From assembly GCA_963695555.1 (NCBI GenBank), contig CAVOGR010000002.1, positions 288,001-352,000 of the forward strand: 64,000 nt of DNA. The letters run 5' to 3'. Origin of the DNA: an uncultured Gemmatimonadales bacterium. Its GTDB lineage: Bacteria > Gemmatimonadota > Gemmatimonadetes > Gemmatimonadales > GWC2-71-9. The notes beneath the pieces are model-generated. The model made no database searches. It was given only the letters and a program-made list of their open reading frames with translations, and was not told where the DNA came from. A program made the translations under genes and the position numbers. Of the stretch, positions 28,125 through 38,460 are shown piece by piece. Each line of letters opens with the position of its first letter. Position 1 is the first letter of the stretch.

Positions 28125-30107
28125 TCAGGGCACGGCGGCCGGCCGGGGCTCCACCCGGACGATCCAGAGCCCCGAGTTCATGTCCGGCACGTAGATCCGG
28201 CCATCCCGGTAGATCGCCCCCCACGCCATGGGGGAGTTGGGCATCGTCGCGTTGGGGTCGCCGGTGTAGACGTGCGCGATTTGTCGTCCCTGCCGGAGCA
28301 GGTCGCCCCTCAGCTCGCCTGAGATGTCGAGCACACGGAGCCCGCCTTGGTAGTCGCCGAGGTACAGCGTATCGCCGGCCACCCAGATGTTGTGCGCGCC
28401 TCCGTCTCTGGGCTCGTAGTACGCCACCTCCCGCGGGTTGAGCAGGTCCGACACATCGACGACGTGCAATCCGCCGTACGGACGGCCCAATCCTAGAACC
28501 GTTGGGCCCGTGAGCGGCGATGGTGTCGCGGCGAACACCTCGTCGCCGACAAAGACATACCGGCCATGTCGCCAGGCGGTATGGGTGCCCCGAATGAAGC
28601 CCGGCCCGCCCACGGCCTCGACATCTCGATACAGCCGATCGAGGTCATACTTGAACTGCGATACCAGCTGCGGGTTCTCCGCGGTTCCGCCCCGGATGCC
28701 GTTGCCAACATCCAGGATCACGAGGCCGTCATTCCAGTAGCTCAGATAGGCCAAACCGTCCTGCACATCGATATCATGCAACATCCGTCCTGCGGGTGCG
28801 CGGGGCACTTCCCAGCGTGCGACCTGCCGCGGACTGTAAGGGTTCCGAATGTCGATCACACGCATCGAGCCGGTCGCGTCGTCTGTCAGGTACACATGGC
28901 CGCGGTAGACGAAGGCGCTGTGGACACCTCCCGTGACCGTCTCGGTGAATTCGGCGATTGCCTTGGGGTGGGCCGGATCCTCGAAGGAGAGAATCACGAT
29001 GCCGTTCTGTCTCGTCGAGGCCCCTTCACGGGTCATGACGCCGAACTTGCCGTCTTCGGTTGTCATGACGTCGTTGATGTGCCGTGCGTCAACCACCACC
29101 GAGTCCGTGATGTGGGGAGCGCCCGGATTGGACAGGTCAATGGCGTAGAGTCGGTCCCCAACCGTAGTCAGATAGCCATATTGCCCGTTGGGGTGAAGCC
29201 AGAATTCGGCGGCGGTCCCCGCGACGGGTTGCCGACCCACGAGCGCAGCCGACCGGACCACGTTCCGCGCCGACGCTTCGACTCTCGCCTCTGCGGTGCG
29301 TCCGGCAAATGTCGCGACGACGCGATAGGATCCCGGCACTTCAGCCACAAACATCCCATCGGGATCGACCAGTGCGTGCCCCGGGCTCACCGCCCACTCG
29401 GGACTGGCGTCTGCCAGCAGATTGCCGGCTGCGTCGCGTGCCCGAAACGTGAACGCCACGACATCGCCCGTTCGGACGGTTGCACTGGGGGGGTCTAATT
29501 CGATCGACGCCACGGGATTGGCGTTGACCCGGAGCGACATCCGCTCAACCACGGTTCCCACCCGCGCGGACAGGGTTGCCCGGCCGGGCCTGAGCGCGGC
29601 AAGCCTCCCGGCGGATGTCACCGCCACCACTCCTGGAGCATCGGATTCCCAGAGCACCTCGTCATACCGGCGGTCGCCGTCGGCCGAATATGGGATGGCA
29701 CGGACCTGTGCTGATTGCCCGACATAGAGCATCGCGAGGGCGGGCTCGAGTGCGATCCGAGATGCCGGCCGGGGCACGATCCGCACGTCAGCAAAGCCTG
29801 TCGCTGGCGCCCCACCTGCACGACGGCTTACCAAGGCCGAGATGCGGAGAGTTCCGGTTGACCCGCCCGTCACCAGACCAGTCGAATCCACGGCTCCTTC
29901 GAATTGGCCGCCGGATTGAAACCAGCGGACGCGGATATCGCGAAGCCTGGCTCCGGATGAATCGTACGCCGCGACAGTGAGTCGAATGGTGTCGCCCACT
30001 ACAATGGCAATGTCACGGGGCTCAATGTCGACCCGGGCCACAGACTGGGACGTTGGCGAGGGTGCCACCTGTTGAAGCGCGACGAGGAGAAGAGCTGCGG
30101 AAACCAT
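28125..30107 (-). CDS. Secreted protein with tandem Ig-like (Big_2) domains and LVIVD-repeat propeller
   Basis: Signal peptide; WESDAPGVVAV..G..AALRPGRATLSA; repeats MRVIDIRNPYSP, GLVILDV, LHVVDVSDLLNP. Confidence 0.85.
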   Translation of the reverse strand: MVSAALLLVALQQVAPSPTSQSVARVDIEPRDIAIVVGDTIRLTVAAYDSSGARLRDIRVRWFQSGGQFEGAVDSTGLVTGGSTGTLRISALVSRRAGGAPATGFADVRIVPRPASRIALEPALAMLYVGQSAQVRAIPYSADGDRRYDEVLWESDAPGVVAVTSAGRLAALRPGRATLSARVGTVVERMSLRVNANPVASIELDPPSATVRTGDVVAFTFRARDAAGNLLADASPEWAVSPGHALVDPDGMFVAEVPGSYRVVATFAGRTAEARVEASARNVVRSAALVGRQPVAGTAAEFWLHPNGQYGYLTTVGDRLYAIDLSNPGAPHITDSVVVDARHINDVMTTEDGKFGVMTREGASTRQNGIVILSFEDPAHPKAIAEFTETVTGGVHSAFVYRGHVYLTDDATGSMRVIDIRNPYSPRQVARWEVPRAPAGRMLHDIDVQDGLAYLSYWNDGLVILDVGNGIRGGTAENPQLVSQFKYDLDRLYRDVEAVGGPGFIRGTHTAWRHGRYVFVGDEVFAATPSPLTGPTVLGLGRPYGGLHVVDVSDLLNPREVAYYEPRDGGAHNIWVAGDTLYLGDYQGGLRVLDISGELRGDLLRQGRQIAHVYTGDPNATMPNSPMAWGAIYRDGRIYVPDMNSGLWIVRVEPRPAAVP

Positions 30108-30376
30108 GCAAACCTCGAATCGGGACAGAGAGGGCCGGAGCGGCACAATTGGCCGAGCGGCTAATCTATGCCCACGGTCCGCGTCCCGCGACTGCCTGGT
30201 ATGTCACCCTCGAATCGAACCGGTCAGGAGGTGTGCGACGGCGTTATCGTTCCACGCTCACCGCAGCCGGCGCCGCTCGCCGTGGTATCGGACTGCCGCT
30301 TTCGACCAGGAAGAGGCTGGCCGCGAGCAGAGGGACACGCCTACATCGGGCCACGCCACAGAGATCCAGAAACAGC

Positions 30377-32053
30377 TTACTCACCACCCCCCGTCTGCGA
30401 CACGACGGCATACCGTTCCGCCCACGGCCGGCCGTTGGCATCACGAACAGCGGCCAGCGCCGGGGTCGGGGTCGTGAGTTCTAGTTCCAGACCTGGCGGC
30501 AGTTTCTCCAAGGTGAGCGCATCCGGAAACGGGCTGCCGCGCATCCGGTAGATCAGGTCGCCGCGGCGGAGCTCCAGACGCTCGAGTCCTTCCCACTGCG
30601 GCGTCTGGCGCGAAATGGTCATGATGTGCATGCCGTCCAACTCGAGCCATGTCTCCGTCTCGAAGTACATTCCCGGGGCCCGCGAGATGTATGTGGCCTG
30701 CTCCAGTTGCGCGTAATAGTGGAATCCGTGGGCGAATCCCCCATCGAGCAAGACCACGGCGGTCCTTCCTTCGCGTGCAATATTGCGCAGATCCGCAAAG
30801 AAGGCAGGAAAGCCCTCCCCGTCGAAGTTCCCCTTCCCAAAGCCACCCACCCCGAGGTTACCAAGGAGCTTGCCGCTGGGGTTGTAGGTCCAGTACAAGA
30901 GTGCCCCGGTCGGCATGAACCCGTCATGGGTTCGGAACGAAGGTCCGACGAGCGGATTGATGAGCTTGTTGGGTATGAAGTGCCCCAACCCGACGAACAA
31001 GTGGACGTTGACCAACAGGAGCACTGTTGCCCAAGCACGCGAGGGCCGAAGGATGCGAGTAGTGACCTGTACGAGATCCGTGACCCCCACGGCCGTACAC
31101 AAAGCAATGGGCATGGCGGTCAGCAAAAAGTATCGTGGAGTGGTGGTCGACCCGTAATAGAAGAGGACCGGCACGGCACACCACGCAACGACGAACCCCC
31201 ACACCATTCTCCGCTCCGCCAACAACTGGCGAAACCCAACGAACGCCACCAGGAGAGGAATTGGGGAAATCGCCCAGACGAGATACTCCCAGAACATTGT
31301 AGGATACCAACGATTGAAAATGTGGAGGGCGATTTCCGTTCCCATGCTATCGGTACGGGGGTCGAAGGCGAGCGCGAGAACGTACGGGACCGCGATGGCC
31401 ATCGAGGTAAGCGCCGCGCGCGCGATGGCGGCGCCCCGTCGGTCGGGGTGGTTCACCCAGATCAGGTACGCCACCACTGGCGCAACCAGAATCGCGTCCG
31501 CTCGAACGATGACCGCCAGCCCGAACAGTATGAGGCTCAGGGTCTCGGCCGCCACACGGGGGCGGTTGGACAGGATTGCCACGGCCACCGCGATCATCGC
31601 AGTCTGGAGCATCAGGGAGTTACCGTACTGCGCGCTCGTCCAGACGATCGGGTTGACCGTGAGCACGGCGGCCATCAGCCACCGTTCCTGCGCTGTGAGG
31701 GCATGGCGCAGCGTGAACAGTCCGGCCAGCGGGATCACGGCGCCGCTCACCGCCGAGACGACCTTCATGATGTACGGAATGAGCCCGACTTGAGCCCCCA
31801 ACAGCACATCCACCACTTCGATGAATCGGTAGTAGCCGAGCTGTGGTGCATAGCGGTAGAGCCCCCCGCCAATGCTGTCGCGCACCAACGCCGCCGTGCC
31901 GGCGGCGAGGGACAACTCGTCCTCCTCCCAGAAGTACTGGAAATGGACGGCCAGCAGGCGGGCGGCGAGGAGGAGGACGAAGAATACGACCGCTCCAAGA
32001 ACCGTGGGCTCCTCTCGGAAGACCTTTATCGACCAGACCCTTCTCGTCGACAT
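30377..32053 (-). CDS. Multi-TM GT-C-like (ArnT/PMT-type) membrane glycosyltransferase, putative
   Basis: First loop WEEDE after TM1; about 10 TM segments; PRYFL motif; soluble C-terminal domain; downstream of GT2. Confidence 0.6.
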   Translation of the reverse strand: MSTRRVWSIKVFREEPTVLGAVVFFVLLLAARLLAVHFQYFWEEDELSLAAGTAALVRDSIGGGLYRYAPQLGYYRFIEVVDVLLGAQVGLIPYIMKVVSAVSGAVIPLAGLFTLRHALTAQERWLMAAVLTVNPIVWTSAQYGNSLMLQTAMIAVAVAILSNRPRVAAETLSLILFGLAVIVRADAILVAPVVAYLIWVNHPDRRGAAIARAALTSMAIAVPYVLALAFDPRTDSMGTEIALHIFNRWYPTMFWEYLVWAISPIPLLVAFVGFRQLLAERRMVWGFVVAWCAVPVLFYYGSTTTPRYFLLTAMPIALCTAVGVTDLVQVTTRILRPSRAWATVLLLVNVHLFVGLGHFIPNKLINPLVGPSFRTHDGFMPTGALLYWTYNPSGKLLGNLGVGGFGKGNFDGEGFPAFFADLRNIAREGRTAVVLLDGGFAHGFHYYAQLEQATYISRAPGMYFETETWLELDGMHIMTISRQTPQWEGLERLELRRGDLIYRMRGSPFPDALTLEKLPPGLELELTTPTPALAAVRDANGRPWAERYAVVSQTGGGE

Positions 32054-32055
32054 AT

Positions 32056-32796
32056 TCAGATCAACCCGCGAAGCTGGCGGACGAGTTCCGTCGCCTTCGC
32101 GCCGAACTGACCGAGAGCAACCTTCGGTTCCCCGCCGTACCGCTCGCGAAACCTGATTGGGACTGTTCCATGCGTGACCGCCATCCGTTTCAACAACACG
32201 GCCAGCCCGACATTGGTGAGGTCGACCCGCGTCGCCTTCAGCCGTGCCACGGGTTTCTGGAGCACGGACGCGTGCATCAGCCGGTACGGTGTGTTCGCAT
32301 CGACGCACCATACACCGGCCGTGGCGAGTACGACCAGCCGGAGCAGGCGACTCGCCACCACACGGCGCCAGCCGTCGTCACGTGACTTGCGCCACCCGTA
32401 GACGACCTGCGCTCGATGGCGCTGGCGCCACATCTGGAAGAAATACTGGGGGTCGCATTGCCCGTCGGAGTCGATCTGGAATACGTAGCGAGCGCCGAGT
32501 TCGAGGGCACGCTCATATCCGGCGAGACAAGTGAGCCCGTGCCCACGGTTCGTATGTGTGTGGAGCTGAATGCGGTCACCGAGTTGCTGCTGGAGCCGCT
32601 CGACGATGTCGGGACTACGGTCGGTCGACCCATCGTTCATCACTAGAATGATGAAGTCTTCCGTCCAGTTTTCTATTTCCAGGCACCACTCCCGGATCAC
32701 CTTGCGCAACGACGGCTGCTCGTTATACACCGGAAGGACCACCACCAGTTCCGGCGACCCTTCCTCACCTGGCATTGCGGCGGCGGCAAACATCAC
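32056..32796 (-). CDS. GT2 glycosyltransferase (polyprenol-phosphate sugar synthase-like)
   Basis: LPVYNE, NDGSTD, NRGHG, IDSDGQ, DANTPYRL, FRERYGG. Confidence 0.92.
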   Translation of the reverse strand: MMFAAAAMPGEEGSPELVVVLPVYNEQPSLRKVIREWCLEIENWTEDFIILVMNDGSTDRSPDIVERLQQQLGDRIQLHTHTNRGHGLTCLAGYERALELGARYVFQIDSDGQCDPQYFFQMWRQRHRAQVVYGWRKSRDDGWRRVVASRLLRLVVLATAGVWCVDANTPYRLMHASVLQKPVARLKATRVDLTNVGLAVLLKRMAVTHGTVPIRFRERYGGEPKVALGQFGAKATELVRQLRGLI

Positions 32797-33962
32797 CGGG
32801 TGCTCGGCTTCACGCGTGCCTTCAATCTTTCAAACTCCTTCAGCGCCATCGCGACCACCTGATCCATATTGTAATATCGGTAGGTTGCGAGCCTGCCGAC
32901 AAAACTCACGTTCGTCTCACTCGCTGCGAGCCGGGCATACTTGGCATACGTGGCTGCCGATGCTTCCGTCGGAACGGGGTAGTACGGCTCTCGGGTTTCG
33001 TCAACAGATGCCGGAAACTCGCGCACGATCGTGGATGCCGGAGTTGCCTGCCCCGTTGCGTGCTTGATCTCGACGATGCGAGTGAAGGCATGATCGTTGG
33101 GATAATTCACCTGCATCTCCGGCTGCCAGAATCCAGGCTTGCCGGACACCGGTTTCCGCGCCTCGAGCGCGGGCGCCTCGAAACTCTCGAACTCGAACTG
33201 CAGGGATCGGTACGGCAGTCGTCCGAAAGCGTAGTCGAAGAACGCATCGACGGGACCGGTATAGATCATATGATCGAACCGGACATGGGGCATCACGTCA
33301 CGATAGTCGGTGGCGAGACGGATCGTGAGCGGTTGGCTCTGCGCAACCATGTTGTCGAATAGGCATGAGTACCCGTCGCGTGGCAGAGCCTGGAATCTCT
33401 CTTCCAGGTAAGCGTCGTTCCGTGTCATGCGGATGGGAATCCTTGCGCACACGGAAGGCGCCAAATCCCGCGGGTGCATCTTCCAATGCTTTTGCGTATA
33501 CCCGAGAAAGAACATCTCGTAAAGTTCCCACCCCACCTGCGATACCACCACCTCTTCGGAATTCCGCGGGTTGTCGATGGGTACGCGCTTGTCCGCCAAA
33601 TATGCTGCGAACTCCTCCTCGCTCGACGGACGACCGATCAGTTGCTCGAAGGTCGTCAGGTTAATCGGGAAACTCCAGAATCGACCGCCCGTGAAACTTT
33701 GCACCTTGTATGTGACGTGATGCCATTCGGTGAACTGCGACAAATAGTCGACGACGCGCGGAGCGTTGGTGCGAAAATAGTGTGGCCCGTACGTGTGGAC
33801 CAACACGCCGGCGTCATCGAAGTAGTCGTGCGCATTGCCTCCGATGTGCGGTCGGCGCTCCACCACCAGACACCGCAGGCCAAGCTGCGACGAGAGGCGC
33901 TCGGCCAGGACGAGCCCTGCGAATCCCGCGCCGACAATGAGGAAGTCATACCGGTCGGGCAT
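32793..33962 (-). CDS. glf: UDP-galactopyranose mutase
   Basis: IVGAGFAG, HIGGNAHD, HTYGPHYF, YTQKHW, EPYYP, GRLATYRYYNMDQV. Confidence 0.96.
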   Translation of the reverse strand: MPDRYDFLIVGAGFAGLVLAERLSSQLGLRCLVVERRPHIGGNAHDYFDDAGVLVHTYGPHYFRTNAPRVVDYLSQFTEWHHVTYKVQSFTGGRFWSFPINLTTFEQLIGRPSSEEEFAAYLADKRVPIDNPRNSEEVVVSQVGWELYEMFFLGYTQKHWKMHPRDLAPSVCARIPIRMTRNDAYLEERFQALPRDGYSCLFDNMVAQSQPLTIRLATDYRDVMPHVRFDHMIYTGPVDAFFDYAFGRLPYRSLQFEFESFEAPALEARKPVSGKPGFWQPEMQVNYPNDHAFTRIVEIKHATGQATPASTIVREFPASVDETREPYYPVPTEASAATYAKYARLAASETNVSFVGRLATYRYYNMDQVVAMALKEFERLKARVKPSTR

Positions 33963-34470
33963 TGCGCGATTCAGTCCCTTCTCGTGATCACACGATTGAT
34001 CTCGCGACGATGAGCACCACCGCCGCGCGGCGGCCCACCAAGCCAGACCCGGCGCGACGGATCCGCCCGACCCGAAAAAGTACACCAAAGCAAGAACGAG
34101 GCCACGGCGGTCGCATCGCGGGTTGAGTTCCTTGAGGATTTTGGCCGGCGCCGGGGACACGGGACACCGAACCACGGTCGATGCCGGAGCGCGGGCCGCC
34201 GCCGCTGCCGATCAGGACTGTTTGACACTGCCGACCCCACTCTCGAGAATCGCAAGGCACCCGCGCCCCGCGTCGCGATCGCAATGGGACCGACATTCTC
34301 CCCAAGCTCACCACCAAGAGCCTCCAAGAAGTCGGGCAGCGGCGCAAGGGCTGGCTCGTGGAGCGAAGTGAAGGATGGATCCGCAGCCAGATCCGGCTAA
34401 TCGATGCCCACCTTCCGCATCCTGCGGCCGTCTCGTACCTTACCCATTGAACCGAGCCAGCGAGCGCCGC

Positions 34471-34992
34471 ATGCGGGTTGAGTGGAATTCGTATCTTTCG
34501 CCAGTGGGGACGTTGACCCTCGTCGAGGGTGCGGACGGTCCGTTGCTCGTCGAGTTCCCAACCAAGCGCACGAACCTGAATTGGGCCGACCGGTTACGCA
34601 AACGTAATCGCGATGTGACCATCGACCCCGGGCCGTGCCAGCGCTTGACCAACTGGCTTGCGGGGTACTTTCGCGGTGGGCCACGGCCGTTCCCGTTCCC
34701 GGAGTACCTGGGCGCCTATTTCGTGCTCGAACCATCCCAACTCGCGGTGTGGCGTCACCTCTGCACCATTCCCTTCGGGAAGACCTGCAGCTACGACGAC
34801 TTGGCACGGGCCACGGGCATTCCGCCCAGGGCCGTCGGACAAATCCTCGGATCGAACCCGTTGGCGCTACTCATCCCTTGTCACCGCGTCGTCGGAAAGC
34901 AAGGTGGCTTGGTGGGTTACGGTGGGGGGCTCACCCGAAAGCGCTGGCTGCTCAACCACGAGTTGCGGGCGGTCGGGGTGGTCCTCAGCTGA
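34471..34992 (+). CDS. ogt: Methylated-DNA-protein-cysteine S-methyltransferase
   Basis: IPFGKTCSY, RAVG, NP..LLIPCHRVV, GYGGGL. Confidence 0.93.
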   Translation: MRVEWNSYLSPVGTLTLVEGADGPLLVEFPTKRTNLNWADRLRKRNRDVTIDPGPCQRLTNWLAGYFRGGPRPFPFPEYLGAYFVLEPSQLAVWRHLCTIPFGKTCSYDDLARATGIPPRAVGQILGSNPLALLIPCHRVVGKQGGLVGYGGGLTRKRWLLNHELRAVGVVLS

Positions 34993-35231
34993 TCCTCGGA
35001 GGCCGGCCCGGCCCGGCCCGCCCACCGCCTGGCATCCTGCATTAACCGTGAAGTCGAGCCCCCACCGATCGATCCCAAAGTGGCCGATGCCGCCCCCAAG
35101 GTGGCCATCACGGACCGAGGGCCCATGGTCCGGACATTGCAGCGAGCATGGACGAGCCCATTGTGGCCGGACCGGTGGCCGGGCGCGCCGGGCGCTCGAT
35201 TGACGGGGTTGTCCGCTAAGAGGAAAGGCCA

Positions 35232-35765
35232 ATGATCCGACGTTTGGGAGTTCTCATCGCGTGCATGGCGACTGCGTCCGTTGGGGCCGCCTCGGCTCAG
35301 GACGAGCTGCCGGCTGACGGGGTCCACCTCAGCTTTTTCGGGTTCGAAGCCGGTGGGCATCTGACCGACCTGGATGATCAGGTCAGGGAGTTAGGCGGCT
35401 CGGGTCTGCGATGCACCCGCTCGCGCGCCGATCGTCGGCTACTCGATTGCCGTGGAACCGCACCCGATCCTGCCGCGGGCCGACAGATAGAGATCTGGAT
35501 CTCGGCCATCGACAGTCTGGGCGGGGTTGTCACCATCTCGGGGAACGTGAGCGCGGCACAGCTCGACGACTGGAGACGGCTCATCGAGCAAGACTACGGC
35601 AAGGTTGGGGCTCGCGTTCAGGGACCCCAGTGGATGATGCAGTGGGTGCGGCGGCGGCAGATGATCCGTCTTACTTGGCGGGTCGAAAACAACCAAAAGG
35701 TTGCTTCGGTCAGTCTGGTCGACGGCCCGGTCCTCGATGGCTGGGGTCGATCCTCGGCTCGGTGA
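35232..35765 (+). CDS. Hypothetical exported protein
   Basis: Signal peptide ending ASA|QD; RBS upstream. Confidence 0.75.
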   Translation: MIRRLGVLIACMATASVGAASAQDELPADGVHLSFFGFEAGGHLTDLDDQVRELGGSGLRCTRSRADRRLLDCRGTAPDPAAGRQIEIWISAIDSLGGVVTISGNVSAAQLDDWRRLIEQDYGKVGARVQGPQWMMQWVRRRQMIRLTWRVENNQKVASVSLVDGPVLDGWGRSSAR

Positions 35766-35886
35766 CCAGAGGGCGGACAACTACCAACTCTCGCTCGAGC
35801 CGTTAGCTCGTCGCCCAGCAGGACTTGGGCGGTGAGGCGGGCGGCGCGGCGTGTCCCCGCTCATAACGCGCAGGATAGCGGCCGAG

Positions 35887-36261
35887 CTACTTTTTCCTTA
35901 CCGCTTTTCGCGGCTTGCTCTTCACGGGCTTCCGCGCCGAAGGCTTCTTCGCGCCGGACTTCTTCGGCGCTACTTTCTTGGCCTTCTTTCGAGCCGTCGA
36001 CTTGGCCTTGGTGCGCTTGGCCCGCACCGCGGCACGGCTCGCACGCTTCTGGTGCGCCACGTCGACTTCTTGGAGTATTCGGACACATTCGTCCTCGGCC
36101 AAGAGGCCGCGGCGGCTCGCGTACTGGAGCAGCTCCTGGGCGTCGGTTAGCTCGAATTCCTCGATGCGGGCGGCGGATCGGATTATACCGACCAACGCGT
36201 CGGCCACCGGACTGCGCAACACATTCGCGATCCCCGGCAAGCTTTCCAACAGGGTGGACAT
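35887..36261 (-). CDS. Hypothetical protein with histone H1-like Lys/Ala-rich tail
   Basis: Helical acidic N-domain then KAKSTARKKAKKVAPKKSGAKKPSARKPVKSKPRKAVRKK. Confidence 0.8.
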   Translation of the reverse strand: MSTLLESLPGIANVLRSPVADALVGIIRSAARIEEFELTDAQELLQYASRRGLLAEDECVRILQEVDVAHQKRASRAAVRAKRTKAKSTARKKAKKVAPKKSGAKKPSARKPVKSKPRKAVRKK

Positions 36262-36422
36262 CTGGGCGCCACCAAGCTCTGACACAACCCCTCCTTCCGA
36301 TCACTGCCGACCAGCCGGCAACCGCCTCACGGCGTATGCCCAAAGAGGCGGCAAGCTAGTGTTGCGACTGCCTCACCAAAAGGAGTTGTCGGAGCAACTA
36401 CCAAATATATGCCGAAAAGAAC

Positions 36423-36836
36423 CTACTCGATCACCAGGCTTCCCACCGCGCCATAGACCTGGTGGGTCAGGCAGTAGAACCGGTAGGTCCCAGCGGCCAG
36501 ACGCGGCACGACTATTCGGTAGGTGTCACCCACGTCGACGAGCAGCGGACCTCTCAGGTCGCTTACCCTCCCGACCATGGCGCGGTTGAGCGCCGCAACT
36601 TGGGCTCCCTCGAGTCCGGTCGGGTCAAAGGCGATGCTGTGTGGAGGGCCGGAAACGACCCGGAACGCGATGACATCCCCGGGGCGTGCCGAGACTTTGA
36701 GTGGGTGGAATCCGAAACGGCTTTCGGCTCGATCTGCCCGCACCTCGACCGTGTGCGTGCCTTGGCCTCGGAGCTGTCCGGGCATGAGGAGCGCAACGGC
36801 TCCCAGCAGCAGGCCGACGTGGCAGCGAACGAGCAT
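36423..36836 (-). CDS. Plastocyanin/azurin-type cupredoxin, exported
   Basis: FHP....RPGDVI, GPPHSI, GTYRFYCLTH. Confidence 0.85.
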   Translation of the reverse strand: MLVRCHVGLLLGAVALLMPGQLRGQGTHTVEVRADRAESRFGFHPLKVSARPGDVIAFRVVSGPPHSIAFDPTGLEGAQVAALNRAMVGRVSDLRGPLLVDVGDTYRIVVPRLAAGTYRFYCLTHQVYGAVGSLVIE

Positions 36837-36931
36837 GGTTCCCCCTCTTCTTTGCGGCCTGTGGCGACGGACCCTAGATTGAAGATGGCGGAGCGGATGG
36901 GATTGTCCACCTCTCCCCGGAAGGACCGCCA

Positions 36932-37183
36932 GTGGGTCGCAGGAAGATAAAGGAGTACCGACCGTCCGAAGCCCTGGCCCTGATTGCGGCCGACCGCGAC
37001 CAGCAGCCTCTGGTTTGTCCGGTCTGCGGCAAGGGCGCCATTAGCCGCATCCCCAAGCGTCCGCCGAGAAGCCGATCGTCGAGAGGGGGTCGGATCAGGC
37101 TCCACTGTACGGCCTGCGATCGCAGCGCCGCCTACACGCAGTCGCCGGGCGACCGCTCGACGACCTCCCCGTCACGCTTCTAG
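36932..37183 (+). CDS. Small putative zinc-ribbon protein
   Basis: CPVC...CTAC; fills the gap before the MFS gene. Confidence 0.55.
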   Translation: MGRRKIKEYRPSEALALIAADRDQQPLVCPVCGKGAISRIPKRPPRSRSSRGGRIRLHCTACDRSAAYTQSPGDRSTTSPSRF

Positions 37184-37242
37184 GACTCTCGTCCTGTTGC
37201 TCCCTTGCCCCGCGGCACGGGTCCCAGCATCCTGCATCCCTT

Positions 37243-38460
37243 ATGAGCGAGTCCCCCTCGGCCGCGGCTACGGCGGGCCAGCGGCGCGCCCTTCGACTGG
37301 TGCTCCTGACCGTCTTCATCGACCTCATCGGCTTCGCCGTCGTGCTGCCGCTCCTGCCGAGCTATGGAGCGCGATACGGCGCCAGCGATGCGGCGATCGG
37401 TGTTCTCGTCGCGAGCTATTCCCTCATCCAACTCCTGCTCGCACCGTGGTGGGGGCGGCTGAGCGACCGTATTGGCCGACGGCCGGTTCTCTTGATCAGC
37501 CTAGTTGGAAGCGCGGCATCATATCTCTTGTTCGGGTTCGCGGGCAGCTTCCTCGTGCTCCTGCTGTCTCGCGTGATCGCCGGGGGCAGTGGGTCCATCG
37601 TCAATGTTGCTCAAGCCACCTTGGCCGATGTGACCCCACCGGAGCGACGCGCCCGTGCCATGGGACTGATTGGCGCTGCGTTCGGGGCGGCATTTGTGAT
37701 CGGTCCCGCGCTCGGTGGCATGAGCACGCGTCTCGGGGACGCTGCCCCTGGGCTCCTGGCCGCCGCGCTGAGTGGCATGAACTTCATCGCCGCGCTGGTC
37801 TGGCTTCCTGAAACACGGACGGAAGCCCACAGGGCCGAGAGCCAGGTTCGACCGCCGTGGCGACCGCTCCTGGCTCCCTTGGGCATCCTGTTCCTCGAGA
37901 CCTTCGCCTTCGCCGTCATCTACGCCGTGTTCCCCTTATACGGTGAACGCATGTGGGGCTTCGACCGGGAGGGTGTGTCCTATCTGTTCGTGTTTATCGG
38001 GTTGGTTACCGTCGTGGTCCAAGGCTGGATGGTAGGACGACTCGCGCCCCGGTTTGGAGAGCCGCGCGTCATGGTTGCGGGCTGTGTTTCGCTGGCGGTC
38101 GGCCTGATGCTGCTCCCGATGAGCGCCACCCTGGCGGCGTCAGCCGAGTGGCGCCTGCCCTCGTTGCTCGGGGTCCTGGCATTGATTTCCGCGGGGACTG
38201 GGCTCGTGGCGCCGACTGCCGCGAGTTATGTGTCGCGGCTTACCAGGTCCGAATCCCAGGGTCACGCCCTCGGACGGCTGCAGAGCTCGGGTGCTATGGC
38301 GCGAGTGGCGGGCCCAATACTCCTGGGGGTGGTGAGCGACCTGTCCGATTCCGGACCATTCATCGCCGCGAGCGGTGTTGCATCGCTCGCGCTGCTCCTC
38401 GCCGTAACGACGGCGTACCGATCGCCTATTCGGGGGTCGAGAAGATCCGGCCCCACCTGA
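37243..38460 (+). CDS. MFS transporter, TetA/DHA1-like
   Basis: TVFIDLIGF, GRLSDRIGRRPV, GLIGAAFG..FVIGPALGG. Confidence 0.93.
   Translation: MSESPSAAATAGQRRALRLVLLTVFIDLIGFAVVLPLLPSYGARYGASDAAIGVLVASYSLIQLLLAPWWGRLSDRIGRRPVLLISLVGSAASYLLFGFAGSFLVLLLSRVIAGGSGSIVNVAQATLADVTPPERRARAMGLIGAAFGAAFVIGPALGGMSTRLGDAAPGLLAAALSGMNFIAALVWLPETRTEAHRAESQVRPPWRPLLAPLGILFLETFAFAVIYAVFPLYGERMWGFDREGVSYLFVFIGLVTVVVQGWMVGRLAPRFGEPRVMVAGCVSLAVGLMLLPMSATLAASAEWRLPSLLGVLALISAGTGLVAPTAASYVSRLTRSESQGHALGRLQSSGAMARVAGPILLGVVSDLSDSGPFIAASGVASLALLLAVTTAYRSPIRGSRRSGPT

Noticed and set aside
33963..34470. 500-bp intergenic region and the N-terminal extensions of glf and ogt in the ORF track
   Set aside because: Extensions precede the conserved family starts; no convincing small gene or riboswitch seen.
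38426..38460. 35-bp convergent overlap of MFS and lepB as antisense regulation
   Set aside because: Short 3' overlaps are common in compact GC-rich genomes; nothing else supports a function.
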